64,000 nucleotides of DNA from an uncultured Candidatus Bathyarchaeia archaeon (GCA_964584965.1 CAZPBM010000025.1:6081-70080), one strand, 5' to 3'. Shown: positions 9,144 through 19,835, numbered from the stretch's first letter. Numbers and translations are program-made. Notes: generated from the sequence alone by a model not told the origin.

Positions 9144-9815
9144 CTAGTCTAAGCCTTCTTCCTCCGCCGTTTTCCTTATTGCCTCAAACCGCGTTAAACC
9201 CAGTTTTTGATATTCTGAAACTTTGTATTCCAAAACTTTTGTGTTACCCCAGGTCTTAGTGTGTTTTTCGCTTAGTTTCCTGTAAAGTGCCTCAGTGTCC
9301 TTCGGTTGGGCTTTCCATCTTTCGCGGTCTGCAAGCAAGGCTTTTTGGGCAAACTCTTTTTCAATTAGAGGTAAAGTGTCGTTCACCAAGTTTAAGAAAT
9401 TGTTTGCTGAACTGTTTGCATTGTAAATAAGCGGAATGACGAGTACTACGCCAAGTATCGTAAACACGTTGCGAAAAACCAAGAACTCCAACAGTATTAT
9501 GGCGGCACAGATTAAGAGCGAAGCGTAAACCGCTCTTTTATAGCTGAAAACCAAATCTATGGAGCTTACATCTCCTTCTGGAAGAACCTTAACAGTTACT
9601 GTTGCTCCAAAAAACCCGTTCAGCCTAGCCCTAGACATCAAGGACTCCTTCTGCATTAACACAGGTTTTTTTGAACTGGAACATTCACTTAGAAGACCAT
9701 TTAAGCTTTTATAGGCTTGTTCTCCCGTTAGCCTAACGTATTTCCGCGTCCTTGAAGGAAAAAGCAACATAGGAGACGAAGCTGAACCCTCAAAAGAAAT
9801 GTTTTTCCGCTCCAT
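9144..9815 (-). CDS. hypothetical membrane protein (two central TM helices)
   Basis: 223 aa with an ATG start. It has the hydrophobic stretches YASLLICAAIILLEFLVF and ILGVVLVIPLIY. No family was recognised. Confidence 0.45.
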   Translation of the reverse strand: MERKNISFEGSASSPMLLFPSRTRKYVRLTGEQAYKSLNGLLSECSSSKKPVLMQKESLMSRARLNGFFGATVTVKVLPEGDVSSIDLVFSYKRAVYASLLICAAIILLEFLVFRNVFTILGVVLVIPLIYNANSSANNFLNLVNDTLPLIEKEFAQKALLADRERWKAQPKDTEALYRKLSEKHTKTWGNTKVLEYKVSEYQKLGLTRFEAIRKTAEEEGLD

Positions 9816-10028
9816 GGTTCAATCCTGACCTTAACAGAATAAACTGTATGTAAGGCGTAAATATTTAACTTAAACACCCATTTGATGAACAAGGTCGCCC
9901 AAAAAATGAAGTGCTTTTTTGGTAAGTTCCGGTTCTAGCATAAGCTATCTTAGTCTAGGGAACAGTTAAATCCCGCATTTCGTTTAGCTTTAAAAAGGTA
10001 AGGCGGCGCAAGAAAGAATTGCAGTTGT

Positions 10029-11258
10029 TTGGTGAAGGTTTTGGGTTTAGAAGAGAACAAAGATCAAGATAATGTTTTTTTAGGCACATCTGGCTGGAGT
10101 TATGAGGAGTGGGTTGGACCTTTCTACACTGAACGAAAAAAGATGTTCAGCGAGTACACAAGGGTCTTCAGAACCTCTGAAATCAACTCGACTTTTTATA
10201 CTTACCCCAGTCTAGGTTTAATTTATGGCTTAACCCGAGGTTCTCCTAGAGATTTCGTTTTCTCAGCGAAGCTACCGCAGTTAATTACCCACAATAAGAA
10301 GCTTGACCTTGGCAAAGGCGTGAAAAATGATCTGGAAAAGTTCCTTGACTTGATGAAGCCCATGAATGATGTTGGCAAGCTAGGCGCGGTTCTCATTCAG
10401 TTGCCACCCGAGTTTAGCTTCAACGAAGTTGAGAATCTTAGCAAGTTTTTAGCGTTGCTTCCAGACAGCTACAGGTTCGCAGTTGAATTCCGCAACGTTT
10501 CTTGGATTCGAGACGAAACTTGGAGTCTGCTTAAAGAACATAATGTGGCTTACACGGTTGTTGATGAGCCTCTTCTTCCGCCAGTCTTGGTTTTGACAGC
10601 TGATTTTGCGTACATTAGGTGGCATGGCAGACACAGACGCCAGTGGTTCGACTACCGCTACAGCGAAAAAGAGCTAGATGAATGGGTTCCAAAGGTCAAA
10701 GAGGCAGCGGAGAAGACTAAGAAGGTTTACGGGTACTTCAACAACCACTTCCACGGTTATGCACCTGAAAACTGCATCCAAATTTTGGAAAAACTCGGCA
10801 TTGCAACACGGCTTCAAACCAAGGTCAAAAACAAAATTCAAGCCTACATTACTGGAAAACAGGCTGAGCTTCCAATTGAGACGGTTCAAAAGTCTCTAAA
10901 AGAAGTCATGAAGCTAAGTCTTTCGCAGCTGCTCCGAGAATTTACTGACGCACGTAGAATTGACAGGGCAGAAACAATTCGGCAGCCTGACGTGTCTTTT
11001 AGAGAAGCAACAGAAAAAAGGGTTTCCGCAGACGTGAAAGAATACGAGGTTCACATCGACCTAGTTAACAAGGTAATCAGGCATACATGCGAAGACTGGG
11101 CTAAGCAGCACCAAGAAAAGAAAATCTGTAAACACGTGGTAAGGGTTTTTCTTTCTCTGCCGTTGAACCTTTCGAAAGAAATATTAACAGACATGGTTGT
11201 CAACAAGGAACGATGGCGGTTCGAACCGTTCAGCAAAGGAAAACAACTAACGCTATAG
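10029..11258 (+). CDS. DUF72 (UPF0759) protein with a C-terminal SWIM-like zinc-finger extension
   Basis: GTSGWSYEEWVGPFY and IRWHGR...YRYSEKELDEW...YFNNH are typical of DUF72. An additional ~130 aa ends with HTCEDW...KICKHVVRVFL, which is SWIM-like (CxH). Confidence 0.65.
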   Translation: MVKVLGLEENKDQDNVFLGTSGWSYEEWVGPFYTERKKMFSEYTRVFRTSEINSTFYTYPSLGLIYGLTRGSPRDFVFSAKLPQLITHNKKLDLGKGVKNDLEKFLDLMKPMNDVGKLGAVLIQLPPEFSFNEVENLSKFLALLPDSYRFAVEFRNVSWIRDETWSLLKEHNVAYTVVDEPLLPPVLVLTADFAYIRWHGRHRRQWFDYRYSEKELDEWVPKVKEAAEKTKKVYGYFNNHFHGYAPENCIQILEKLGIATRLQTKVKNKIQAYITGKQAELPIETVQKSLKEVMKLSLSQLLREFTDARRIDRAETIRQPDVSFREATEKRVSADVKEYEVHIDLVNKVIRHTCEDWAKQHQEKKICKHVVRVFLSLPLNLSKEILTDMVVNKERWRFEPFSKGKQLTL

Positions 11259-11341
11259 AAGAAGACACTTTTATCCTTTAAAAAATGTTATTAATAATAG
11301 TCTTCTATGAGTTGATTGAAAAGGATTTGGAGTGAACCGCC

Positions 11342-13351
11342 TTGTCTTTCCCCTTTGGAGTTGATTATTACCCTGAACATTGGCCTGAAAAAAGATGGTT
11401 AGAAGATGCTGAATTAATGAACAAGGCAGGCTTTAACATCGTTAGGCTCGCGGAGTTCGCATGGAGCAAGCTAGAACCACGAAAAGGTGAATACTGCTTT
11501 GACTGGCTAGATAAAGCCATAAAGACCCTTTCAACAAAAGGTATAAAAGCAATTCTTGGAACACCAACAGCTGCTCCTCCTCCGTGGATTGTTAAGACGC
11601 ATCCAGATATTCTGCGGATTGACGGGTATGGGAAACGGGCTGCTGAGGCAACTAGGAAAAACTATTGCCCAAATAATCCTGTTTACATTGAGTTTTCCAA
11701 GCGGATTACGGAAGCCATGGTTCTTCATTATAAGAGCAACCCAAACGTCGTAGGATGGCAGATCGACAACGAGTTCATGGGCGACCCATGCTACTGCAAC
11801 AACTGCATCGAAGCTTACAGGGAATGGCTAAGGGCAAAATACGGTTCAATCGAAAGATTAAATGAGGAATGCGGGCTAATTTTTTGGGGTCAACAATACA
11901 GCGACTGGGACGAGATTTTCCCTCCTAGACCGCCTCTGATGATGCAGAACCCAAGCTTGAACCTTGAATGGCGGCGTTTCACAAGCGACTCGTGGGTAAA
12001 ATATCAGCAGGAACAGGTCAACGTAATCCGCAAGCACGTCTCTCACCAGTTTGTAACGCACAATTTCATGGGCATGTACAAGGAACTGGACTACTTTAAA
12101 CTCGCTGAGCGCCTTGACCATATTTCGTTCGACTATTATCCGAAATGGGGTGCACAGATGGATCTTGCTGCTTTAGCTATGTGTCACGACATTATGCGAA
12201 GCTTAAAGAAAAAGCCCTACTGGATTATGGAGTTACAGTCAGGCGCGGTGGTAACCAGTCAAGCGCCAATTCCGTTACCTGGGCAAATAAGGCTTTGGAC
12301 ATACCAGTCGATTGCTAGAGGAGCAGACGGCATAATCTATTTTAGGTGGAGAACATGCAGGTTTGGAGCTGAGGAGTATTGGCACGGAATCCTCGACCAC
12401 GACGGCGTGCCGAGAAGAAGATACGCCGAGGTAAAGAAAACATCAGAGGAATTGCAGAGGATTATACCTTACCTTGAACGTTCAACGGTCAAGTCTGAGG
12501 TTGCAGTTACGCTTATCTATGATAACATTTGGGCTTGGGACATGGAGGTTCCCCGTGGAGACAAAAACTATTATGGCGAGTCGTCTTGGGGGCCAACCTT
12601 AGACTGTTATGAGGCTCTTTACTCAAGAAACGTGATGGTTGACTTTGTTGAACCAACTTTCGAAAACATTGAACAGTACAAAGCTGTGTTCATTCCGTCT
12701 TTGATGTTGATGGATAAGAGGGTTGAAAAGAACTTAAGGTCTTTTGTTGAGAAGGGCGGAACCCTTGTTGCCACACCGAGAACTGGTGCAAAGAACTGGA
12801 ACAACGTAATAGTTGAGGACACGTTGCCTGGATGCCTCTCTGATGTTTTTGGTATAGAAATAGAGGAATACACAGGGTTACCAGGCGGCGGAAAAATTAA
12901 ACTGGAAACAGTTAGCACAGAACTTGGTGTTCAAAACGTTCATGAAGGCAGAAACTGGGCAGAACTACTTGTGCCAAAAAACGCAGAGACTCTTGCTTAC
13001 TATCAAAGTGGATCATACAAGAGTAAACCTTGCGTTTCGATGAACAAGTTTGGAAATGGCGTAGCTGTTTACGTTGGAACCTTTGCTGAAAAAAGTTTCT
13101 ATGCTGATCTGGTTGATTGGCTTACAAAGAAAGGCACCATAAAACCTGTGTTGCCATATGCTGAGGATTTTGAAGCGACAGAAAGAATAAGCTCAAATAG
13201 CAACATCGTTTTCGCGTTGAACCATACGCAGAACTCAATAAGTGTAAAATGTAACGGAGATGAATTTGAAGACCTTTTAACTGGTAAAGAGGTCAAGGAA
13301 CACATAAATCTGGATGCTTTTGGCGCAAGGGTTTTATTAAGGCCAAAATAG
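11342..13351 (+). CDS. GH42 beta-galactosidase
   Basis: FGVDYYPEHWPEKRWLEDAELMNKAGFNIVRLAEFAWSKLEPRKGEY, WQIDNEF, and a trimerisation/C-terminal domain pattern match GH42. Length is 669 aa. Confidence 0.8.
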   Translation: MSFPFGVDYYPEHWPEKRWLEDAELMNKAGFNIVRLAEFAWSKLEPRKGEYCFDWLDKAIKTLSTKGIKAILGTPTAAPPPWIVKTHPDILRIDGYGKRAAEATRKNYCPNNPVYIEFSKRITEAMVLHYKSNPNVVGWQIDNEFMGDPCYCNNCIEAYREWLRAKYGSIERLNEECGLIFWGQQYSDWDEIFPPRPPLMMQNPSLNLEWRRFTSDSWVKYQQEQVNVIRKHVSHQFVTHNFMGMYKELDYFKLAERLDHISFDYYPKWGAQMDLAALAMCHDIMRSLKKKPYWIMELQSGAVVTSQAPIPLPGQIRLWTYQSIARGADGIIYFRWRTCRFGAEEYWHGILDHDGVPRRRYAEVKKTSEELQRIIPYLERSTVKSEVAVTLIYDNIWAWDMEVPRGDKNYYGESSWGPTLDCYEALYSRNVMVDFVEPTFENIEQYKAVFIPSLMLMDKRVEKNLRSFVEKGGTLVATPRTGAKNWNNVIVEDTLPGCLSDVFGIEIEEYTGLPGGGKIKLETVSTELGVQNVHEGRNWAELLVPKNAETLAYYQSGSYKSKPCVSMNKFGNGVAVYVGTFAEKSFYADLVDWLTKKGTIKPVLPYAEDFEATERISSNSNIVFALNHTQNSISVKCNGDEFEDLLTGKEVKEHINLDAFGARVLLRPK

Positions 13352-13418
13352 CTGCACTTTTTGGGTCAAATGTGTACAAAGAGTTCTATGAAGAAGGTGG
13401 AACCGAAAAATAGTTAAT

Positions 13419-14291
13419 TTGTGTTTACGACAATTTAGAGGTGTGGTTCGCTTGGTTAGAATAGGTTTTTGGAAGATGCATGGTTTAGGGAACGACTTCA
13501 TCGTCGTTGACAACCGAAACGAGTTATTACCAGAAAAGGAGCTGGGCAGAATCTCGGAGAAACTGTGCAAAAGGTACTTTTCAATCGGTGCAGACGGTCT
13601 GCTTTTTTTATGCAATTCAGAAGTTGCGGATGTTAAGATGAGGATTTTCAATGCTGACGGAACCGAAGCTGAAACTTCAGGAAACGGCATAAGATGCTTT
13701 GCTAAGTATTGCTTCGAAAAGGGAGTATCTAAAAAGAAGGAGCTAAAAATCGAAACTCTTGCTGGAGTAAAAACGGTTTGGCTGGAGACGGATAAAGACA
13801 AAGTTTACCAAGTTACTGTTGACATGGGTGAACCTGTATTTGATAGATCGAGAATTCCCGTTGTTGGAGATGGAACATGCGTAAACGAAGACCTTGATGT
13901 TGATGGCGCCAATTTCAAGGTTACTTGCGTTTCAGTGGGGAACCCTCACTGCGTAATATTCGTCGAAGATGTTGACAGTTTCCCAGTTGGAACTTATGGT
14001 CCAAAAATTGAAAATCACAAAATGTTTCCAGCCAGAATAAATGTTGAATTTGTGCAATATTTAAACCGAAAAGATCTTAAGATGCGTGTTTGGGAACGCG
14101 GAGTAGGAGAGACTATGGCGTGCGGAACAGGAGCTTGCGCGACTGTCGCGGTTGCACGTCTTCTTGGAAAAGTTAATGGCCCATGCACCGTTCACTTACT
14201 GGGTGGAAACCTCAAGATACAATTTAAAGACAAAAACATCTTGATGACTGGTCCTGCTGAGAAAGTCTTCAAAGGCGTCGTTGAATTTTGA
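13419..14291 (+). CDS. dapF: diaminopimelate epimerase
   Basis: KMHGLGNDFIVVDN, NADGTEAETSGNGIRC, VSVGNPHCVIF and ACGTGACA are present. The true start is likely downstream of 13419 (TTG at about 13452). Confidence 0.85.
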   Translation: MCLRQFRGVVRLVRIGFWKMHGLGNDFIVVDNRNELLPEKELGRISEKLCKRYFSIGADGLLFLCNSEVADVKMRIFNADGTEAETSGNGIRCFAKYCFEKGVSKKKELKIETLAGVKTVWLETDKDKVYQVTVDMGEPVFDRSRIPVVGDGTCVNEDLDVDGANFKVTCVSVGNPHCVIFVEDVDSFPVGTYGPKIENHKMFPARINVEFVQYLNRKDLKMRVWERGVGETMACGTGACATVAVARLLGKVNGPCTVHLLGGNLKIQFKDKNILMTGPAEKVFKGVVEF

Positions 14292-14397
14292 GTGAATCGA
14301 AAGAATATAACATTGTTAACATTTATCTGTTTCGTTCAACATATATAATACAAGATTAAAAGCAGCGTTCACAATAATTTAGAGAGGAGGAATTTTC

Positions 14398-15612
14398 GTG
14401 CAAACAGAAAAGAAGGAAGCATTAAAAAACTTGATTCGAAGCCTACATGAAGGCGCAGACCTAGAAAAAGCAAAGGCTAAATTCAAGAAGGTTTTTGGAA
14501 TGATTTCGTCAGATGATATTGCACGCATAGAAGAGGAACTCGTAGTTGAAGGTATGCCGCGTGAGGAAATTCATAGGTTGTGTGAAGTTCACCTCGCATT
14601 ATTCAGAGAATCAATCGAAAAAGAGGAAACCTCAGCTCCAAAAGGCCACCCAGTTAACATACTTATGGAGGAGCATAAGATTCTCTTGGAATTCGCTGAA
14701 ACCCTTAAAGAAGTTGCTGGAAAAGTCAGGAAGGCTAAGAGTTTTGAAGATTCAAAAGATGATGTGGATCGTTTAGGCAATACACTGGAACATCTTAGAG
14801 AGTCAGAAAGCCACTATCTCCGCGAAGAGAACGTTCTTTTCCCACTTCTAGAGAAGCACGGCGTAACCCAGCCGCCAGCTATCATGTGGATGGAACATGA
14901 TAAGATTAGGCAGATTGAAAAAGAGTTGTTCTTAACTTTTGAGACTCGAAGCAAGGTAGATTTCAAGAGTTTCACATCTAACCTTGAGAAGGCATCTGTT
15001 GCCTTAAATGAGATGCTTTCTAGCCACTTTTATAAGGAGAACAATATTCTGTTTCCAACAGCTATGAAAGTCATCGAACCTCCTGAATGGGTTGATGTTA
15101 GAAAACAGTTCGACGAAATAGGCTACTGCTGTTTCACTCCTGAACCCACGGAATTCATTGTTGAAAAAATTATGGCACCATCTGTTATACAAACAAAGCC
15201 GATATCTCCCATTTCATTTGAGACGGGGTCATTTACGAAAGAAGAACTTGAGGCAGTGCTTAACACGTTGCCCATTGACATCACGTTCGTTGATAAAGAT
15301 GACACTGTGCGTTATTTCAGCCAAGGCAAAGATAGAATATTTGTAAGAACCAAAGCTGTCATCGGACGGAAGGTTCAACAATGTCATCCTCAAAAAAGCG
15401 TTCATATTGTCAACCAAATACTAGAATCATTCAAACGAGGCAACAAAAACGTAGCTGAGTTTTGGTTAAACCTGAAAGATAAACTGGTTTTTATCCGATA
15501 CTTTGCAGTAAGAGACAACAACGGCGCATATCTTGGTTGTCTAGAAGTCACCCAAGACATTACAGACATCAAAAAAATCGAAGGCGAAAAAAGACTGCTA
15601 GACTGGAAATAA
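14398..15612 (+). CDS. DUF438 / hemerythrin-like / PAS-domain protein
   Basis: 404 aa. The N-terminal DUF438-like helix bundle, H/E-rich hemerythrin-like repeats (HKILLEF, EHLRESESHYLREENVLFP, MWMEHD) and a C-terminal PAS-like region fit this known architecture. Confidence 0.55.
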   Translation: MQTEKKEALKNLIRSLHEGADLEKAKAKFKKVFGMISSDDIARIEEELVVEGMPREEIHRLCEVHLALFRESIEKEETSAPKGHPVNILMEEHKILLEFAETLKEVAGKVRKAKSFEDSKDDVDRLGNTLEHLRESESHYLREENVLFPLLEKHGVTQPPAIMWMEHDKIRQIEKELFLTFETRSKVDFKSFTSNLEKASVALNEMLSSHFYKENNILFPTAMKVIEPPEWVDVRKQFDEIGYCCFTPEPTEFIVEKIMAPSVIQTKPISPISFETGSFTKEELEAVLNTLPIDITFVDKDDTVRYFSQGKDRIFVRTKAVIGRKVQQCHPQKSVHIVNQILESFKRGNKNVAEFWLNLKDKLVFIRYFAVRDNNGAYLGCLEVTQDITDIKKIEGEKRLLDWK

Positions 15613-15646
15613 GCTTACAAAAAAGAGCAAAACAAATTTACCCGAT

Positions 15647-16087
15647 TCATGACGATAGGCTTTCAAGTGTTTTCAAAAAACCCTCAGCCTTCTGCAACAT
15701 CCTCTTCGAGTTTTTATATTTAAGGATATTAAAAGCTTCAGAATAGGTAACCCACCGTGCACCTACGTGTTCCTCTGAAACTTTCACATCCACATTTCCA
15801 GTTTCCGCGAGAAAGTAAGTAACCGTCTTGAAAACAGTTTGCCCATTAAGGCTGTAAAACCACTTGGCGTGCTCCTCAAAGCCTTTAACAATTCTTAGAT
15901 CGCTTGTTGAAAGCCCAGTTTCCTCCTCGGTTTCCCGCAAAGCTGCTTCGATGGGTGTTTCGCCTTCTCTGATGTTACCACGTGGAAAATCCCAATAGTC
16001 GCCTCTATACTGGTAATGTAAGAGTAAGTACAGCCTTTGATTGTGTTCTTTCCTGTAAACAATGATTCCTGAGCTGTTTTCCTTCAT
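15647..16087 (-). CDS. NUDIX hydrolase
   Basis: The Nudix box is GNIREGETPIEAALRETEEETGL. Confidence 0.8.
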   Translation of the reverse strand: MKENSSGIIVYRKEHNQRLYLLLHYQYRGDYWDFPRGNIREGETPIEAALRETEEETGLSTSDLRIVKGFEEHAKWFYSLNGQTVFKTVTYFLAETGNVDVKVSEEHVGARWVTYSEAFNILKYKNSKRMLQKAEGFLKTLESLSS

Positions 16088-16220
16088 ACCTATACACAGT
16101 CATGGAATATTTTACGCCAGTATATTACGTTTATTATAATACATTATATTGTTCATTGGCAAACAAGCTCAGGTGTGAACACCTATCATTCGATTAACAA
16201 TAAAACATATATTTAAGCCA

Positions 16221-17639
16221 TTGTATCTACTCTGGGAAGGATCGGTTGTGGCTTACGACGTAATAATTGTTGGCGCCGGTCCAGCAGGAATCTTTGCTGC
16301 ACTCGAGCTAGCAAAAAACACAAATCTAAACATTCTTATGCTTGACCAGGGGCCTGACATAGATAAACGTAAATGCCCTGCGAGCAGAGGCTTAGGCTGC
16401 GTTAACTGCGACCCATGTACGCTTCTTTCAGGTTGGGGCGGCGCAGGAGCCTTTAGCGATGGCAAACTTACACTTTCGACCTCTGTAGGTGGTTGGCTGG
16501 ACGAATACATAGGACAACATGCATTAGAAAATCTGCTGGATTACGTCGACAAGACATACACGAAGTACAGTAACTCGCCAATCGTTTACGGCGAAGATCA
16601 AGATGAGGTTGAAAAGATCGAAAGAGAAGCAGCCCTCGCTGGGTTGAAGCTGATACGTCAGAAAATCAGACATCTCGGGACAGATAAATGCGCTGAGATT
16701 CTTCAAAAAATGCGTAAAGAACTAAATAACAAAGTAGAAGTTAAGACAAGAACCCAAGTGAAAAGCCTGCTAGTAAAGGGCATGATGGCTCAAGGTGTTG
16801 AGACTGCAAGTGGCGAAAAAATGTTTGCAAAATACGTAATAGCTGCACCCGGACGCGTGGGAGCGGAATGGCTGAAGTGCGAAGCTCAAGCGTTAGGTCT
16901 GAAGACATTGAACAACCCTGTGGACGTTGGAGTCAGGGTTGAAACCCTTGCGTCTGTTATGGAAAGGCTTACAAAAGTTCTTTACGAACCCAAGTTCATC
17001 TATTACTCAAAAGCCTTTGACGATCAGGTTAGAACTTTCTGTGTTGCGCCGTACGGCGAGGTAATTACCGAATCATACGGCGGAATAATCAGCGTTAACG
17101 GGCAAAGCTACGCTGAAAGAAAAACTGAAAATACAAACTTCGCCATCTTGGTTAGTACAGCATTCACGTACCCGTTTAGAGAACCCATTGCCTATGGCGA
17201 ATACATTGCGCGTTTAGCCAACTTGCTTTCAGGATGCGTCGTAATCCAGAGACTTGGCGACCTAGACTCAGGCAGAAGGTCCACTGAGGAACGTATAGCC
17301 AGGAGTGTTGTGAAACCAACCTTGAAAACAGCTGTTCCAGGAGATCTTAGCTTCGTTTTGCCTTATCGTTACTTGACAGATATACGTGAGATGCTTGACG
17401 CACTAGACAAAGTGGCATCAGGTATATCGAGTAAACACACCTTGCTCTACGGCGTTGAGGTCAAGTTCTATTCTTCTCGGCTGGAACTCAACGAAAGCCT
17501 AGAAACCCAAATCCACAACCTTTTCACAATCGGCGACGGTGCAGGAGTTACCCGCGGCTTAATACAGGCAAGCGCAAGCGGAGTTATCGTGGCTAGGGAA
17601 ATAATGAAAAGGGAAAAGGCTGTGCCGATAAAATCATAA
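16221..17639 (+). CDS. FAD-dependent oxidoreductase (COG2509-like)
   Basis: It has the dinucleotide motif YDVIIVGAGPAG and the C-terminal GDGAGVTRGLIQASASG. The start is probably the GTG at about 16248. Confidence 0.6.
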   Translation: MYLLWEGSVVAYDVIIVGAGPAGIFAALELAKNTNLNILMLDQGPDIDKRKCPASRGLGCVNCDPCTLLSGWGGAGAFSDGKLTLSTSVGGWLDEYIGQHALENLLDYVDKTYTKYSNSPIVYGEDQDEVEKIEREAALAGLKLIRQKIRHLGTDKCAEILQKMRKELNNKVEVKTRTQVKSLLVKGMMAQGVETASGEKMFAKYVIAAPGRVGAEWLKCEAQALGLKTLNNPVDVGVRVETLASVMERLTKVLYEPKFIYYSKAFDDQVRTFCVAPYGEVITESYGGIISVNGQSYAERKTENTNFAILVSTAFTYPFREPIAYGEYIARLANLLSGCVVIQRLGDLDSGRRSTEERIARSVVKPTLKTAVPGDLSFVLPYRYLTDIREMLDALDKVASGISSKHTLLYGVEVKFYSSRLELNESLETQIHNLFTIGDGAGVTRGLIQASASGVIVAREIMKREKAVPIKS

Positions 17640-17761
17640 CTTTCTAACGCTTTTCTTTTATTATGTTTGAAACTATGCCTTTCTTGACGAAATATGTACG
17701 ATGCCATTTTATATTTGAGTATATATTGAATTACAAGATTAAACCCGCTTCAGAGGGTGAT

Positions 17762-18975
17762 ATGCAATCACGTTTTTAGTCGGAATTGTTGGGAAACCGA
17801 ATGTGGGCAAGTCAACTTTTTTCAGTGCGGCAACTCTTGCTACGGTCGAGATAGCTAACTACCCGTTTACCACAATCAAGCCAAATAGGGGAATAGGATA
17901 CTTAAGAACGCAATGTGTCTGCAAGGACCTTAATGTGAAAGATAACCCTGTGAACTCAGTTTGCATTGACGGTGCGAGGTTGATCCCTGTTGAACTTGTA
18001 GACACTGCTGGGCTGGTGCCCGATGCTTGGCAGGGAAGAGGATTAGGAAACCAGTTTCTCGACGAGATACGAAAAGCCGACGCGCTTATTCATATTGTAG
18101 ATGCGTCTGGATCAACAGACCTTGAGGGGCGACTGGTTCCACCTGGAATGCATGACCCTTTAGAAGACGTTAGGTTTCTAGAAAAAGAGATTACAATGTG
18201 GCTTGTCCAAATTCTCAAACGTGACTGGCCAAGGATCGCTCGAACTGTGGAATCCTCGAGAACAGATTTGTACACTCTTCTTGAGGAAAGGTTAAGCGGG
18301 CTTTCCATAGGCCGTAAACACATTTTAGAGACTTTGAGGAAAACTGGGTTAAACGCCGACAAGCCTACAATGTGGGCTGACGACGAATTTTACGTGTTTG
18401 TCGACACTCTAAGGACAATTTCAAAACCAATGCTAATAGCAGCAAACAAGATTGACGTGCCACCAGCCGAAGAGAACGTGAAAAGACTGAAGGAAACAGG
18501 ATATACCGTGATTCCGTGTTGTGCTGAAGCTGAACTTGCTTTGAGAAGAGCATCTGAAAAAAGATTGATAAAGTACTTGCCTGGAGACAAAGATTTCCAA
18601 GTTCTAGACTCAGCAAATATCACTGAAAAACAAAAAAGGGCCTTGGAGATTATACGTGAAAAAGTTCTCCAACATGAGACAACAGGAGTCCAAAAAGCCA
18701 TCAACACAGCGTTTTTTGATTTATTAAACATGATTGTTGTCTACACGGTTGAGGACGTCGAGAAACTTTCAGACCACAACGGAAGAGTTTTACCTGACGC
18801 AAGATTAATTCCAAAAGGAACAACTGCGCGTGAACTGGCGTACATGATACACACTGAACTTGGAGAAACTTTCATCCACGCGGTTGATGCAAAAAGTAAA
18901 ATTAACCGTGGAGAAGACTACGAACTTCGTGACAGGGACATAATTTCGATAATAAGCGCAAAGAAAAGAGCTTAA
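17762..18975 (+). CDS. ychF: YchF/OLA1-type P-loop GTPase/ATPase with TGS domain (apparent 1-nt frameshift at codon 6)
   Basis: The track ORF (17803..) starts inside the P-loop. The upstream in-frame sequence reads LVGIVGKPNVGKSTFF but has no start codon. The ATG at 17762 is out of frame by one base across a T5 run (17773-17777). With six Ts the protein reads MQSRFLVGIVGKPNVGKSTFF. Confidence 0.75.
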
Positions 18976-18990
18976 GAGGATGAGAAAGCC

Positions 18991-19833
18991 ATGAAAGCTT
19001 GGGAACTACATAAGCACATGAAAGAGGTTGGAAGCTGGGTAAATTGGGAAAAAACAGTTGACACGTTTCTAGTCGGCGACCCAAATTCTGATGTTAAGGG
19101 AATAGCGGTTTCGTGGATGCCTACGTTTGTGAACCTTAAGAAGGCACTTGAAGCCGATTGCAATTTGTTTGTCACACATGAACCTCTTTATGCGGTGACA
19201 GTGAATGATGAAGGAAAAATCAACGGTGGCACACCATCTGTCGACAACCACTTAAGAGGGTTTCTAGGAATGACACTGGGCAAAAACGACGTGTGGATTA
19301 CAAAGTATGAATGGCTTCAAAAGACTGGAATTATCATCTATAGATGCCATGATTTCTGGGACGATTACCCTAAAATAGGCATACATGGCGCTTGGGCGAA
19401 TTGGCTGGGTTTTAGAGGAAAACCTGTGGCAACAAAAAAGTTCTATGAAGTCCACGAGGTTAAGGAGACGACAGTTGAAAAGATAGCTCGAAGAATCCTT
19501 AGACGGTTGAAACCTCTTGGCCAAGAAGTTGTTCAAGTTGTTGGCGACAAAAGAAAAAGGGTTTCTCGGATAGCCATCAGCACAGGCGCTATCGTAAATT
19601 ACCGCGAAATGGAAAAATTGGGCGCAGACATCCTTTTGGTTACAGATGACGGAACAAGGCTTTGGGAATCTGGTCAGTGGTCTCTCGATTCTGAAGTGCC
19701 AATGTTGATAGTTAACCATTCCACATCCGAAGAGCCAGGAATGAGGACCCTTTCACATTACTTGCAGAAACAGTTTCCTAATGTTCCTGTGATACACATA
19801 CCAACAGGCTGCATCTATGGAATCATTAAATAG
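18991..19833 (+). CDS. NIF3-like (DUF34) metal-binding protein, putative
   Basis: DTFLVGDPNSDVKGIAVSW..NLKKALEADCNLFVTHEPLY resembles the NIF3 N-terminal pattern, with HEP in place of HHP. The assignment is weak. Confidence 0.4.
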   Translation: MKAWELHKHMKEVGSWVNWEKTVDTFLVGDPNSDVKGIAVSWMPTFVNLKKALEADCNLFVTHEPLYAVTVNDEGKINGGTPSVDNHLRGFLGMTLGKNDVWITKYEWLQKTGIIIYRCHDFWDDYPKIGIHGAWANWLGFRGKPVATKKFYEVHEVKETTVEKIARRILRRLKPLGQEVVQVVGDKRKRVSRIAISTGAIVNYREMEKLGADILLVTDDGTRLWESGQWSLDSEVPMLIVNHSTSEEPGMRTLSHYLQKQFPNVPVIHIPTGCIYGIIK

Positions 19834-19835
19834 TT

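Noticed and set aside
13337-13801. A 154-aa minus-strand ORF overlapping the 3' end of GH42 and the 5' part of dapF.
   Set aside because: It overlaps two well-supported plus-strand genes and has no recognisable features.
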